Source: Epiperipatus broadwayi
Lineage: Eukaryota > Animalia > Onychophora
Length of the DNA: 64,000 bases
Direction: 5' to 3'
Assembly: GCA_028023455.1 (NCBI GenBank)
Contig: JAQFVV010000004.1
Span: 14,384,001 to 14,448,000 of the forward strand
In this document: piece by piece, positions 22,886 through 36,497 of the stretch
Layout: each line of letters begins with the position of its first letter
Position numbering within the stretch: position 1 is the first letter of the stretch
Notes under the pieces: model-generated
The model's database searches: none
What the model was told of the DNA's origin: nothing
The model's input: only the letters and a program-made list of their open reading frames with translations
Made by a program: the position numbers and the translations under genes

Positions 22886-25800
22886 GACAAAGACATGTAA
22901 GATGTTATTAGATCGGAGATTAGATTATGAGCTAAAAATAAGAAATTGAAAGCATTCCGCAAATACCTGAACAGGAAATATAAAATAGGCTGATTTTGAT
23001 CATGAAAAGATTAGTTACTACTGAGAGAACTATGTTGCCATCAATACTCCATGCAACTTTGAAATCTAAGATAATAATAAAGTAGACACCAATCATCTTT
23101 CAACCCTTGTGGGTCTTTTCCCTGCTACTGTACCATCTCACTGCTGCTCTAGAATGAAGTAAATACCTGATTAGAGAATTATGGAGTGCTGAATAGAAAC
23201 TTGCTTGCCACCTAAGAACCTGCAAGGATCTTTAAAATGAACTCTTAAGAATTGTGCAAAGTAACTAATGATTTTTCATACTGCCACCTAAAAGTAAATC
23301 TAGCCTAATTAATCTCAAACCCTACTATCAAGATTTCTCCTAATGTAGTATTTAAATTTGTATATTTCTAATATGTAAATTGCTCTCAAATGATTTTGAT
23401 AAATCTAATTCTCTGTCATATGCTCTAACTTTCTTTAACTTTGGTGTGGTCATTTATTTATATGTATTTATTACTTGATTTTATATGTCTATTTTAGTTA
23501 TTATTAATATGACAATTTCAAGCAATCAGACGAGTTGAATTTCCAAAATCTTTTCTTTTTTCTTTTTAGTCAACCTCCATGAATTAAGATTATTAACATT
23601 CCCTTAAAACATAATGCATTACTAATTAATATGCTCACCAGATTGTTTTTACAAGTCAACATTTTGTTTATGTTTTAGTATAAAAATTTGTTATTTGTTC
23701 AACTCCAAATAGAATGAAGTAATTCTACATGGGGTAAATCCATAGCTCAAGTTAATTAACACTTTAAAATCTTTTAAAATATTATTTGTTTAAATTCTGA
23801 AAATGTGACTTATTAGTTGTTTTCTATAACTGCTAGTTTTCTTTTATTTTTCATACTCTTAAAATATCAAGTATTTAAATATTCTAGCTATTATAAAATC
23901 CATGAAGGTGAGATTGAATTATTTTAAATAGCAGAAAAGGGAAGAGGGTAAATTTTAATGTTTCTTTTACTAAATAAAATCTTGTATATGTATATATTAT
24001 AGCAGCATAGTGTACTATTTACCTAAATGATGGCATTCAAACAAGGGTCATTTATTTTAAAGCAGTAAATCCTAGTCTATGTCATTAGTGACATTCATCC
24101 GTACTGTGTTACTGTCATTTGGCTTATCTTCATAAATATATATATATATAGGTGCTTCTAATCTGGAGATTGTGAGCATGATCAAACCCATAGATTTTCT
24201 CCTTATGTCCTGTGAATAGTTGAGCTTTTCAGGACCACCTTTTTCATATAAAAGGGCCTCTGGTGTGATTCCAGTATGCCTGACACACGCTATGCCTATT
24301 CACTTTTCTTTAAGCACTGCCCTAAAAATGGGGGTCTTAGACTTCATTTTTTGTCCAGAAGCACAATACCACCACTTGTTTGTTTATTAATTCTTTTGTT
24401 TCATGACCTGGTTTTAATATTATGCTATTAAAATTGCACTCTGCTCATATATATATATATATATAAATTCTGAACACTCTAGTTATATTAATTTATAATG
24501 TTATTTCAATCTTATTATACAATCCCACCATTGTAATTTATTTTTTTATTTAAAAGTATATGCCTTGAGGAAAATAAAGCATTCTTCTTACTATTGATAA
24601 TTAAAAGAATTTTCAATAAATATTTTGTCATATAACTAAGTGTAATTTTCAAATGTGTTTTATTTATTTTCATCACTGTAATGGCATGAAAATAGTTTAT
24701 ATTATATTTGTAATAAATCCTGGAATGCTCCCCAAAATCATATGTTAGTAACCGTGTTTCAGAACCGTAAATCAAAGCGTTAATGGCAATATTATGTAAT
24801 CTTTTTAATAAATGATTGGCATCTTAATATCGTACCCACCAAAGATGTGTGTTAATTATATATATACACTATTTAGTTAATGAAAGAGCATATGAGAATT
24901 GTCAGTGTGAATCCAAATATATAATTATCTACCATTTGGTAGACTGCTCATTCACACATATTAATGTACATAATTAAGTCATAATTTATATAATTAATTC
25001 TTTATATTAAACTATTTTATATTGTCTAACATGTATGAGTAGTTCAAATTCCTTTTTCTCCACTTCCATACGTACAACTATGTGTATGCATATTTTAGTT
25101 AGGTTATAATGCAGTCAATATTAAGTCTCACTGTCTTCTCCACTCTGCTAGTGGGACAGATTAGAATAAATTATCATGTACTTTGATTTGGGGCTTAGGG
25201 AATGGGTTCAAATTCAGATTGGTCCCTGATATAAATTTTGGGTTTGACTGGGTTTGAAGTACATTTTTTTTAATTGCAGCTCAAGTTAGATGGATCAACA
25301 TGTTTTGACCAGTACAATATTTAATGTCACATTGATTTACCAAGACATATTTGGCTTACTTATGTGAGTCCTGATCACTTATCATCATTATCATCATCAT
25401 CAATAATTACTCAACCTTTATTCAATTTACTTATTTATAAGTCTAAAATATATAAATATTTTTCATTCTGTTAAATATTTGTTACACTAATTTGTGTGTG
25501 TGTATATATAAAACTTTATTTGAAATAATCAGCTAAATTTGAATGATAAAGCAGTAAATTATAATTGATCACAATTAAGAAATTGGAAAAGAAGAATAAA
25601 GCTTAAAACAGTATTAAATCAGCAAAAAAACAAAAAACCTAAATAATTTTTAAATACTAACAAATAGATGAGGTAATTGAGGCTAGATCTGAGTATGAAA
25701 GATCATAGTGGAAAGAGGATGGGAATAATTCAAATAAATAAGATATAGATGCTCTAATAAAGTAAACCAAAACCAATATATATAATAAGAAATAGACAGT

Positions 25801-26224
25801 CCATAAAATAAATCAAATTCATTTCAGCAGCAGGAAGATATTGCAATAAAGTAAATCAAAGCTGAATCTATACAAAGTAGATGAATCACTAAAATAAGTA
25901 AAGGTGGATCTAATACTAAATAGGTAATCCAAAAAATAAATAAATAAAGTACAATTAAAAGTAAAGAATATAGAACAATCATTAGTAAAAATAAAAGATC
26001 AAGAAAGAAAAAGTATTTTAGCTTAACATTATCAATTAATTAAAGGGGTGATAGAAGTTGGGACAAAAAATGTGAAGGATATATAAAAAAGATAAGTGAA
26101 AACCACAGACGATTTATGAGAAGTTTGATGGAATTATCTCAAAAAAGATATTGCAATTGATAAACTAAAATTTGCAAGGAGAGTGAAGATTCTAAAATTG
26201 ATGTACACACAGTAAAACAATCAC

Positions 26225-26930
26225 AAAGTGAAAATATATAATGAAACTAGATCGTTTAGATAGTAAATGTTATATTAAATGAGATTCCAACACACACTAA
26301 TCATCCAAAAATGTTAACCACTTTCAAATTTAGTTGGCTTTATACATTAAGAAGATTATCTTGCGCAGCTGTAAGGGAAGTGTGATAATATATCAATCCA
26401 ATTATTTATTGTTATTTAATGAACCGACTAATTTTTATTTAACATTGAAAAGAAATAATTTTTTCTTTTAAAGTTTGTAATAAACATTTAAATGATAAAT
26501 ATGTAATAAAAACAATCAAATAAACCATTTACATAGTAAATGCATAGCAAATGCTATTAAAGAGATCCATTTAGTCATCCGACAACATGATAATATGAAA
26601 GTGGTAACTACTTTCAAATTTAGTTCTCTTTACATATTAAGAAGAATGCCTGGAATAACTATAGCAGTAAATATGAGAATAAATGATTCCACTTATTTAT
26701 TAAGAGTTATTTATTAAACAGATTAACTTTTCCTTAATAAAGCAAAGAAATTACTTCTTGCTTTAAACGTTGTAAATAACTAATGTTTAAGTGATAAATA
26801 AGTTATGAAAAGCGTTGATGGCCTAGTAGTTAGCATAGCTGCCTTCCAAGTAGCTGGCCCGGTTCGCTTCCCGGTCAACGCATTTGACATATGGAAAAAA
26901 AAAAAAGTGAAAATGTATAATATTAAATGC
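26225..26930. repeat. Old degenerate tandem repeat, ~310-bp period
   Basis: ACTTTCAAATTTAGTT...TT(T/A)CA(T)ATTAAGAAGA...AAAGAAAT.A.TT.TT..CTTTAAA.GTT.GTAA occurs at ~26320-26500 and ~26610-26800. AAAGTGAAAAT(A/G)TATAAT occurs at 26225 and ~26904. Confidence 0.6.
26812..26906 (+). mobile_element. tRNA-Gly(TCC) retrocopy / ancestral-type S1 SINE
   Basis: 26812-26882 (GCGTTGATGGCCTAGTAGTTAGCATAGCTGCCTTCCAAGTAGCTGGCCCGGTTCGCTTCCCGGTCAACGCA) closely matches metazoan tRNA-Gly(TCC) but has a 1-nt T-stem deletion. It is followed by the S1-like tail TTTGACATATGG and poly(A). Confidence 0.88.
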
Positions 26931-28183
26931 TGTTTAGTATATAAGACAAAATCCTGCTAGTTATGCAACAATACAATAATTAGAAAGGGGTAACCATTTT
27001 TAAATTTAATTCTCTTTATATATTATTTGCTCAGTATGTGAGATGAGATTTCAACATATTTAATCATGTTTTATTAAAAACTTGTTCCAAAACATTTATG
27101 TCATTAAATAATGAATGTATGCATAATATTCTTTTTATTAAATAAATCATCTAATTAAAAAAATGATTATTTTAATGAAAGAAATAACTTATTTTTATTT
27201 ATAATTAAAATAATTCGTATAAATATCAGAACATTTGTGAAAAAGAAGTCATTAACGCATATCTCATTACGAAGATCAGACCTATTAATCATGCGTATAT
27301 TGATAGAACCAGTTGTGCCATTTTGGCCTGAAATTTATTTATATATATGAATTAATTTGTACTCACTTAAAACTTAATTAATATTTTTGTATAAACTGTC
27401 TATTAAATATAGACCTAAAGTTGTTATGTAAAAGTTTTATATCTTCAACAGAGGGTTTCATAAAAGTACTTAATCAGTTTTCCATTTTAATATAAATATT
27501 ATTCAAATTTTGAGTAACGTGAATAATAAAAAAGCTGAAAAATTAAATCTTTTAGTGCTGTGAAAATATTTTTAAAGTGCTGTCATATATATAACAATTA
27601 TTTTGTAGACTTCTCAAGTCAGTCATTATTGTAACTATTTGAAAAGTAGCCTTTGACAGCTGTTACCTGAACTGTGATTACATTAGCCGTGTTGATATTC
27701 GTTAATACATATTGAAAACCTGGTACTTTTATTACAGGTGTTCTACTTTCATGTAATCTATTAATTACTATTTTCCAATAAAGTGCATTTACTACTAATG
27801 CTTTTTATTTATTGCCAAAATATTAGATTAAAAATAAATAATTTATATATTATAAAATGGTAATAAATATTTGGGGGAAAAAAGTAATTGAAATATATAC
27901 AGTATCTTATTTAAAAACTAGATTTACCTTTAGCGATTAAATTTATTTAACACAACACAATACAGGAAAGTCATTAAAAACTAACTTCTATACATTGCTA
28001 GCATTAGTATGTAATATCACTTAAATAATAAAATAGCAACCATAGATTTTAATATTTAGATTTATTTTAATTTTATGGTGAATAAAATCTATATAAAATG
28101 AAATAATGAATAATAAAAAGATGTTGATATCAATGAAAACTTTAGTTTCTCAATTCATTCTGAAATCGAATATCAATATAAAA

Positions 28184-28274
28184 GTGGTCGAGAGATCAGG
28201 ATAGCTGCTTTACAAGCAGTTGTCCTGGATTAGCGGGTTCGCTTCCCTGATGCTATGACACATGAGGAAAAAAA
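28184..28274 (+). mobile_element. S1 SINE, slightly 5'-truncated
   Basis: GTGGTCGAGAGATCAGGATAGCTGCTTTACAAGCAGTTGTCCTGGATTAGCGGGTTCGCTTCCCTGATGCTATGACACATGAGG-A8. Confidence 0.9.
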
Positions 28275-30333
28275 GCTACTTGGTATATAAGAGTAGTTTT
28301 ATTAGCACTAATATTCCAAATAGAAAAGCAGCAAAGTAGGTTTTTAATTAATAAAATAGATATTTATAAGCAATGTAATTAAAGTGTTTTTACTATTATG
28401 GTCAGTAATTTATTTTTAATTATTTCAGAACCATTTTTGCAAATTTATTTATCAGGATGCTTTTAAAAAAAAGACATGCAAAAATATGTATCTAACTAGT
28501 CCTGATATTTTTTAGGACAATGTACTTTTTGTTGTCAAATGTAAAGAAACAGTCAACAGTCCATATTAGTCTGAGAAATATGTAGAATAGTAGTTGTGGA
28601 AAGCATTTTTGATCTGTAAAAAAAGATATTGCACATTAGATAACAAATTACTTGATTTTTTCAATTTCCTTCCCACATTTATATTACAAATACTACATAC
28701 ATTCATTCTTAAATTTCAAATCCACCTAATGTAAGTTTGAACAACATTAAAAACTAGAAGATAATATTGCAAAACCCAAGGTTAGTTCTGAATATAGATT
28801 TACTATAGTGGAAAACATCAGGCTTTTATCCAGTTAGCCAAAACTGATATTACTATAATTATATACTTTATTTTATAATTAATGCAAGCTATTTGACTTG
28901 AATTCAAAGTCTTAGAATATTCAAAAATTGTATGTCTTTAGTATGAATATTTAAAAAAATGTAAACGTGTTTGATAGCTACAATACAAAATGAAACTTCT
29001 AAGTCCACTCTATCTCTCATTAAAAAAGCTAATTGCATTTTTATATTTACTCTTTTATTAAGTTTTGGTAACATTTAATTCTTTACTTCATGTTTGAGTG
29101 AATTATTATCTTACTGGAATAAATTTTGATTATGTATATTGATGTAATTCTATTAGTGTATGTGTATAATGTACATGTTGATATGTGAGTGTTTATATGG
29201 TTTATATATACATAAATACATGAACGTAGTCAACACTTAAACAATATCAATGTCATTAACAATTAACAATCTCAATTTGTTGTCATGGTAACTTCCTCAT
29301 CCATAAAAGTATCAATGATAGATAGGGTTATTGGCTCTGAATCACTGAATGATGATGTTGTCTTGAAAACAGATTGAAGTTGTTGATTGTTAAATGTTGA
29401 CCGCTTTCATTTATTTACATTTAATACCTATCTAGCCTTGCACATTATTAGGTTTATTATATATATATATAGAGAGAGAGAAACGAAGGGAAAAAGTACA
29501 CTCATTAAAACCAATACTACTTTTATTTTAAACAAATTATAAAACATTTATTAAAATTTTGAGCACAAACCTTTTATAAAATTTTGTATTAAAAAAATAT
29601 AATTTGAAAAATATATCTTCTGGAGGATGTTTGCGATATGATAAAATTGATAAGAAGAAGAATCTGAAACCTCCCCCCCCCCCAAAAAAAAAAAAAACTT
29701 GAAAATATTTCCTCTCATAGTAATCAAAACTTCAGTCTTTAATATATATTTGTGTATAAAGCCTTAATCTAATCAGTATTTTCCAGCAGATGCAAGCACT
29801 ATGAAATGTTTTTTTTTTTTTTTAAGTTTAATTATTTTAATAAACGAATAATGTTTTAAGACATCAAAATATTGGTAAGATTATTCCATCAAATTTCCGA
29901 AAAAGAAAATATAAAATTTTGATGAGAAATTACTCAGCTAATGATGTAACAATGAATATTTTATGAAAAAAAATATCAAAAGATTGAAATTCTATTGAAT
30001 ACTGTAGTTGACATTAAATAATTATGTGGCGATAAAAAACAGTAAATTTACTTTTTTTTAAAAAAAGGAAGTACTATTTTAAGATTATTGGCAAATTATA
30101 AAATAAATCTACAATATTGTTTAACCTTAGAAATATTAAATTATTAAACTTAATCTTTGTTAAATAAATAAATATTTGTAATTGCTAATTTATTATTTCT
30201 TGTTATTCTTCATTGTTTGACCTTATTTTAAAAACCTACTAAATTAATTTACACTTTTTGGTTTAATCATTATTCTTACTCTCATAATATCTTAATATTT
30301 CCTGTATTTATGAAATAATATTATTTGTTAAAA

Positions 30334-30948
30334 ACTGAAACACAGGTTTATTATATACCTGTGTCTATATATGCAATATATAGGGTATATGAGCACAGAT
30401 TTTTTCACGACCCACCACTCTCCACACTATCTCATAACACTGATACACTTGAACACATATATGTTGAAAAGATAAATAATCACCAATATGTGTATTTCAT
30501 GCTAATCCAGCAATCATCAGTTGATCCAGATTGCCATCTCTACACATATATACTATAAGTGCTCAGATATATATTAAGATAGCCAAATCTCATACTTTAA
30601 TGGACAGACTTCAATCTACTCCACACTCCAACCGTCCATCCAATTGAAAATCTGTGATGGAATGCTCAAAGGCCACCCTGAGGCTGAGATTCTTGTCACA
30701 CCCATGTTAACCTAAGTTCAATCTGACCTCACATATACAGGACTTACTCCATTTAATACATGTATAAGGGATGGGCAGACATCTCTATTATGTAATAACT
30801 GAAACACAGGCTGATTGCTGGTTTAGCATGAAATCCGTGTATTGGTGATTATTTATCTTTTCAACATATATGTGTTCAAGTGTATCAGTGCTATGAAATA
30901 GGGTGGAGAGTAGTGGGTCGTGTGAAAGTCTGTGTTCATATACCCTAT
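30334..30948. mobile_element. Family P1 Penelope-like element, second TSD-flanked copy
   Basis: 16-bp TSD ATATTATTTGTTAAAA at 30318-30333 and 30949-30964. Inverted arms at ~30386-30515 and ~30812-30948. The interior is in opposite orientation to the 1869 copy. Confidence 0.85.
30481..30526 (-). ncRNA. Minimal type I hammerhead ribozyme (P1), slightly decayed
   Basis: Minus strand GATCAA CTGATGA TTGCT-GGATT-AGCAT GAAA TACACA TA TTGGTG. The core boxes are intact; the base of stem II is a T-T mismatch. Confidence 0.7.
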
Positions 30949-31574
30949 ATATTATTTGTTAAAATAAATCATATATTATAAATAATCCAGATGACTTAAA
31001 TTATTTTTATTTATCTTTACGTATTTACCTTATTTTAAAATTTTCTAATATTGCTTGTAAAACTGCTTTTAAATTCTTTGGAGAAATTGAAACATCCTAT
31101 CGTAAATCTTTATCATTACTAATCATGACTCTTCAAAATTTGATGTTGCTGTCATGCCATGATGTTCCAAAAGTTTAATCACAACATAAATACATACATA
31201 TTTATATGCCTTTTTGTAATCCACACATCTAAAAAAAATGACAACTTTTACTCTTCATTTTTTATTATAACACTTTTAATAATTAAACGTAAACTGTAAG
31301 TTATAACAACTTTTAAATCCCATTTCTATTTTATTAAATGACTTGAATACAAAATTTTTATATGATAATTTTTAATCATAACAATCTTATATATAATGGA
31401 AGTAACTAAAAATAATACTCTTTGATAATGACCATATAATATACTGGAGTCAAAATGGAGGAAAATTGAAATAAAAATGGTTCATAATATAAACCAAGAT
31501 TTGAAAAGAAATAGTGTATTAAATTAATTTGCTTTTTAAATATAAATATCAATAATGTTGGCATCTGCATGGGA

Positions 31575-31878
31575 TTTGGGCTTTCCATCATCGGATTTTC
31601 AATGATATGGATGGCTGAAAAGTTGAAGGTTGGAATAGATTGAAGTCTCTCCATTAAAGTGTGAGGACTGAGCACTGATTATATATATATATATGTGTGT
31701 GTGTGTGGGTATGGGAGATGATAATCTGGACTAACTGATGAATGCTGGTTTAGCATGAAATATGTTTATTGGTCATTATTTATCTTTTCTACGTGTGTGT
31801 GGTCATGCTTATCAGTTGTATGAGATAGTGTAGATAATTGGTGGTGCTTGAAAGTCTGAGTTCAAATTCCTTATATTT
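31575..31878 (+). mobile_element. Family P1 fragment (single arm)
   Basis: Homologous to 2105-2392 (TTCCATCATC.GA.TTTCAAT...GATTGAAG.CT.TCCATTAAA...TGAAAGTCTG). Confidence 0.8.
31729..31774 (+). ncRNA. Minimal type I hammerhead ribozyme (P1)
   Basis: GACTAA CTGATGA ATGCT-GGTTT-AGCAT GAAA TATGTT TA TTGGTC. Both core boxes, a 5-bp stem II and a 6-bp stem I are present; stem III has a mismatch. Confidence 0.72.
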
Positions 31879-34800
31879 ACAATTAAGCTCCAGGTTTGTG
31901 AAGAGTGCCTGGTTTTCAAATATTTACATATCACTATAACTATTCACTCTTCCAATTATCTTCCATATATGTTTGATGGCTTGTTTTGTCTTCAATTATT
32001 TATATATAAAATAGTACAATCAACTTCTAACTCAAGGAATATTCAAATTTAATCTCTCTGATTGTATTTAACATTTATTTAGATATTTAATTTAATCGTA
32101 TATATATATATGCATAAACCGAAAACCTGCTCAAATTTTTACTACTTTGCATTGAATAGCCTGTTGATTTCTTTTTCATTAATCCTCTGTCAAAAACTAT
32201 TGGGGATATCTTTATATTGAAGTAGGATATTGAATGACTAAAAAAAAAATATTTTTACTTTTCTTCTTTGGACTAATATTTAAAATATATTAAAAATTAG
32301 TTTTAAATAAACAATAGTTAGTATTTAACTAATCAATATATACTAAGAAATCATATTAGGTGATCATATTTAATATTTGAGGCAAACTTTAAAAATGGCA
32401 TTTTTAAAACTTACGAAATGACTATTACTATTTATTTAAATAAAAGCATATGAAACTGGAAAATGCTGTAAAATAAAACAAACTAAATTAAAATATAATA
32501 AAAAGAAACTCAAATTAAAAAAGAAATCATAATGTATTATATTGTTTTTCAGCTTTTCTTGCAACAAATAACTTGAGAGCTTCATTATATTTTATTGTTT
32601 CAGATATAGTTATTGTTATAGAAATTATTGTTAGATCAATAGATCTTGCTTGGGTCATTGCTATTGGCAAATTTTTTGTTTTCACTTTTCAATTTAAAAA
32701 TATTGCCTTCACTTGCTATTACAGTCACAGTAATGTTAATAGCATTATTTTGGGACACGTCAATGTTTGGAAATATACACCAAAATCATTTCCATGCTTA
32801 TAGATTTTTTTTATTACTTTTAATAAAATAAGATTTAATTTAGGAGTTTAATTTTAAAATAATTTGCAAATGTATCTACTTTTTCTCATTCTTTACCATT
32901 AATATAAGTCATTATAATATTTTTCTTTTCTTACTTTTCTCAGAAGAAATACAGATTCTATGTTTAATTTTTTAGACATACAATTTGCCATTTTCAAACG
33001 CTGCAAAAATTCTGAATGTCTGTAATATTTAAAACAGTCTATTAAATTTTCAATCATAAAAATGGATAATTGCAAAAAATAAATAATTTTATAATAAGCT
33101 GAAGTAATATCACTGATAACTAAATTAATAGAATAGCAGGAACATTGGACAAAGAAAAAGCCCTATGATTATTTTTTTAGAATTCTTGACTAAATACCAT
33201 AAATAACCCCTCTCATTATGTTCACTGTCATCTCCCTGTTTTCTTATTTAGATAATTTAAATCTAATTACTTTAATATTTTTGTCAGGTTAACCTACTCC
33301 TGTGAAAACCATTCAGTAAAAATCCTATAAAACTCATGAATGTTTTATATAAACTTTTTAGTTTAGATTTTTAATACAAATCTTATAATTAGGGTTATTC
33401 TCTATTTGACTAAATAATATCATGCTTCTTTATATCCTCACTTATTTTTTGTCAAATTTGTTGTGCCAGAATAGAAATTAACTCATATTTTATTTTATAA
33501 TTTTTACAAATTTACTCTCTATTTATTGTCACCATTCATTATTCACACTCTCCCCTCTATTTTTTCATATAAGGATCAAATTTCTCCATTATCATTTTCA
33601 GTCAATTTACTAGGAAACCTACAAAAAAGTTAAATTTTGATTGGCAAAGTAAAGTTGAGATTATAAATAATCTCACAAGAGCTTTTATTCCAATGAACTT
33701 TGTCTTCATTTTTAATTCTTTAGTGAATTCTATACCTGTATTTGAATGTAATTTTTTATAGTATTGTTAAGGTAATATTTTTCCAGTCTTATAAGTCTTA
33801 TAAGGATGCCATAAAAATAAATTGTTCCTTGACTTTTCAAATAAATAAGTCAATTTCTATTAAACTTCTTTATTATAAAAATGGAAACATGTTTTAAACA
33901 TATGCTAGCACATTTTTGTTAATAAAAAAATTGTCTAAAATTGTTTGCAATTTCAGGATATAATATAGAATCCTCAAAATTAAGATAAATATTTCTAGTT
34001 ACTTTATGGCCTTTCCTTCTTACCTCTTTATTTTGAATTTATTATTATTGCTTAAGTTCATTTTCCTCACAACATTCCACTTTTACATTATGTTTTTCCT
34101 AACTTTTTTTCTATCTGTCTTTATATGACTGATTATTTACTTCTGCATTGTGACTTCATTTCTGCTTTTTTATTTGTATAATGATTTTTTATACTCTATT
34201 AATTTTGACTTACTGTTGTTTTTCATCAGAACATTTTTTTACAAATTTTTAATGTCTGAGCTTGTTGTTTTTTAAATCTTCTAATCCACCTATGTTAAAC
34301 ATAATCTTTTTACTTTTGGAAGTCATGAGATTTTAAATGAAATATCACAAAAATTTTCAATTAAATAGAAAATCATTTTTACATAAATATATAATTTATG
34401 AATAAATTCATAAATAATGAATTTTAATATCATAGTAATTCTAATAAATATTTATGGGAAATATCTAAGTTTTTTTTATTCTGTTTTAATATGGTTGACA
34501 ATAAATATCAGAAAAATATAAATTTCTCTGATTTTGATTTCATAATTTATTCTTAAAGGAAACCAAATATAAATAATACAAAATTTATTTTCAAAATATG
34601 ACATCAGAGAAATAACAAATTTTATTTAAACCTAATAAAATTTTATGAAAATAAATTCCAAATATGCATTATCTAAAAATAATTTACAAGTCAGACTTTC
34701 TGGAATCATTTTAATAAACCCTCAAACAATCTCAGCTATTATTCTAATGCTAATTTATCAATCAGTTATAAATGGTCATATTTAATTATTATGGGTTTAT

Positions 34801-35224
34801 TAAAATTATTAGAATCTACTTTGAATTACAACAAAAATCATGAAAATTCATATATTATGGATAAATATCCAATTCCAGTCTAGTTGGGAAACCACAAATA
34901 ATTTTTATAACACAAAATTAATAATTAAAAAATATAGAAAATTCTGTATTTGAAAAGGCCCTATTAAAAACATTTCTTATTGGTGTCTTATATTCGTAAT
35001 CAAAGTCTGTTAAATTTATTATAAACTAAATAAATAAATAAAAAAAAACTTATGTGTGGAATACATTTTACAAATAAATAATTTATAAAATTACTTATTA
35101 ATATATATTAAGGTTATAACCTAAAATTACTTATTTTAATGACTGTAAAATGATATAGTAAAAATCTTATATTAAATTTGATTCAGAAAAAAATTAAAAT
35201 ATTTGTGTTAAGAATTATGGAAAA

Positions 35225-35280
<56 letters not shown>

Positions 35281-35292
35281 CATCATCATCAT
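35225..35292. repeat. Compound microsatellite (ATT)n(ATC)n
   Basis: Directly visible. Confidence 0.95.
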
Positions 35293-35619
35293 AATTATTT
35301 GGATTCTTTATCATTAAAAAACTATAAATAAGCTATTAGTTATGTTATTATGAGTGTTATCCCTTTCTTGTTTTTTTTTTCATTTAAAAATTTGTGGATT
35401 TGTTAAGATTAATCTGATACAAGTGCACAACTGTTCAAACATTCTTATTGCATTAATGATTCACTAAAACTATGATCAGTTTCATTTTCAGAAAACTACT
35501 TTCTCATAATGCACAACCACTGGGTTTATCAATAAAATCCAAATAAATTTGGAAATGCAATAAACTTGTTTTTTAAAACAAGAAATTCATTTTTATAGAA
35601 TTTCAAAATTTTATTGGAG

Positions 35620-36330
35620 TGCCTCTATTTTTTTTACAAAGTATGTAACTGTCTTTAACTGCTAGTTTAATGTCTTTGATTTGCTTTTTTATTCCAGCTT
35701 GATATTTGACAATTCTAGATCTTCTATAACATTTTTATAGTATTCTAGAGTAAGTCTAAAAATTGTACAAAAGTCTAAATTAGTTTCTATGCTATTCCAT
35801 GTGGTTAAAGTATTGACAAGTATTATCATATTTTGTCTATCACTTGAACAAACTTTTATATTTTAAAGCTGTTGTCACAGACTCATTGCAGATTAATGTT
35901 CAATAATTTTCTTTTTTCTCTCATACATATATTTGAAACTTGAATCCAGGCATAATATTTAATTTTTTGGCAAGTTCATTTGTGTCAATCACTAATTTAT
36001 CAAAGTGTTTTTATGCTGTAAATCTTTTGGAATAAAAAAAAGTCCTGCAGTAATATTTATGATATTACTCTGAAGTTCATTACTGACAAAATTCTTTTGA
36101 AAAAGTAAAAAGTGCCAAAAAACTAATAAGTCTAAAAACTTGAAATTTCTTATGTGATTAACAATTTGCATTACTGCTTTGCTCAGACAACATTCATGTT
36201 TCTTACCAATAATCCTAGTACAACAATCTGAATTAAATCATTTTCTACAATTGGGAGCAATTTATCCATATGCTTGGGCAGGCAATGCAAAAAACTTTGG
36301 TCAGCCTCTTTTACTAATAGATGTAAAATA
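35620..36330 (-). pseudogene. Possible hAT transposase remnant
   Basis: Minus strand gives AVMQIVNHIRN and later LVNTLTTWNSIE (compare hAT IVKYFRN and TRWNS). Heavily degraded. Confidence 0.35.
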
Positions 36331-36497
36331 AATAAATGGTGAAACTCTTAAATACCACTACATAAATTTTCCTTTTTACTTATAACAATCTAAACATTAT
36401 AAGAAAAGCAGTAATGTTAGTAATAATTTCATTCCTCATCTAGTTTCATTTTCAAATTTTTTTTTATTATTTATTTTATAACATTACAAAATCTTTA

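Noticed and set aside
24515-24775. ORF with IYGSET as a gene
   Set aside because: At most a tiny LINE scrap (LYGSETW-like); the rest is AT-rich noise.
25560-26220. Decayed LINE ORF1/gag
   Set aside because: A-rich and coding-like, but no motif could be recovered.
26812-26882. Functional tRNA-Gly gene
   Set aside because: It has a 1-nt T-stem deletion and an altered B box (TTCGCT), and is followed by a SINE-type tail and poly(A) rather than a T-run terminator.
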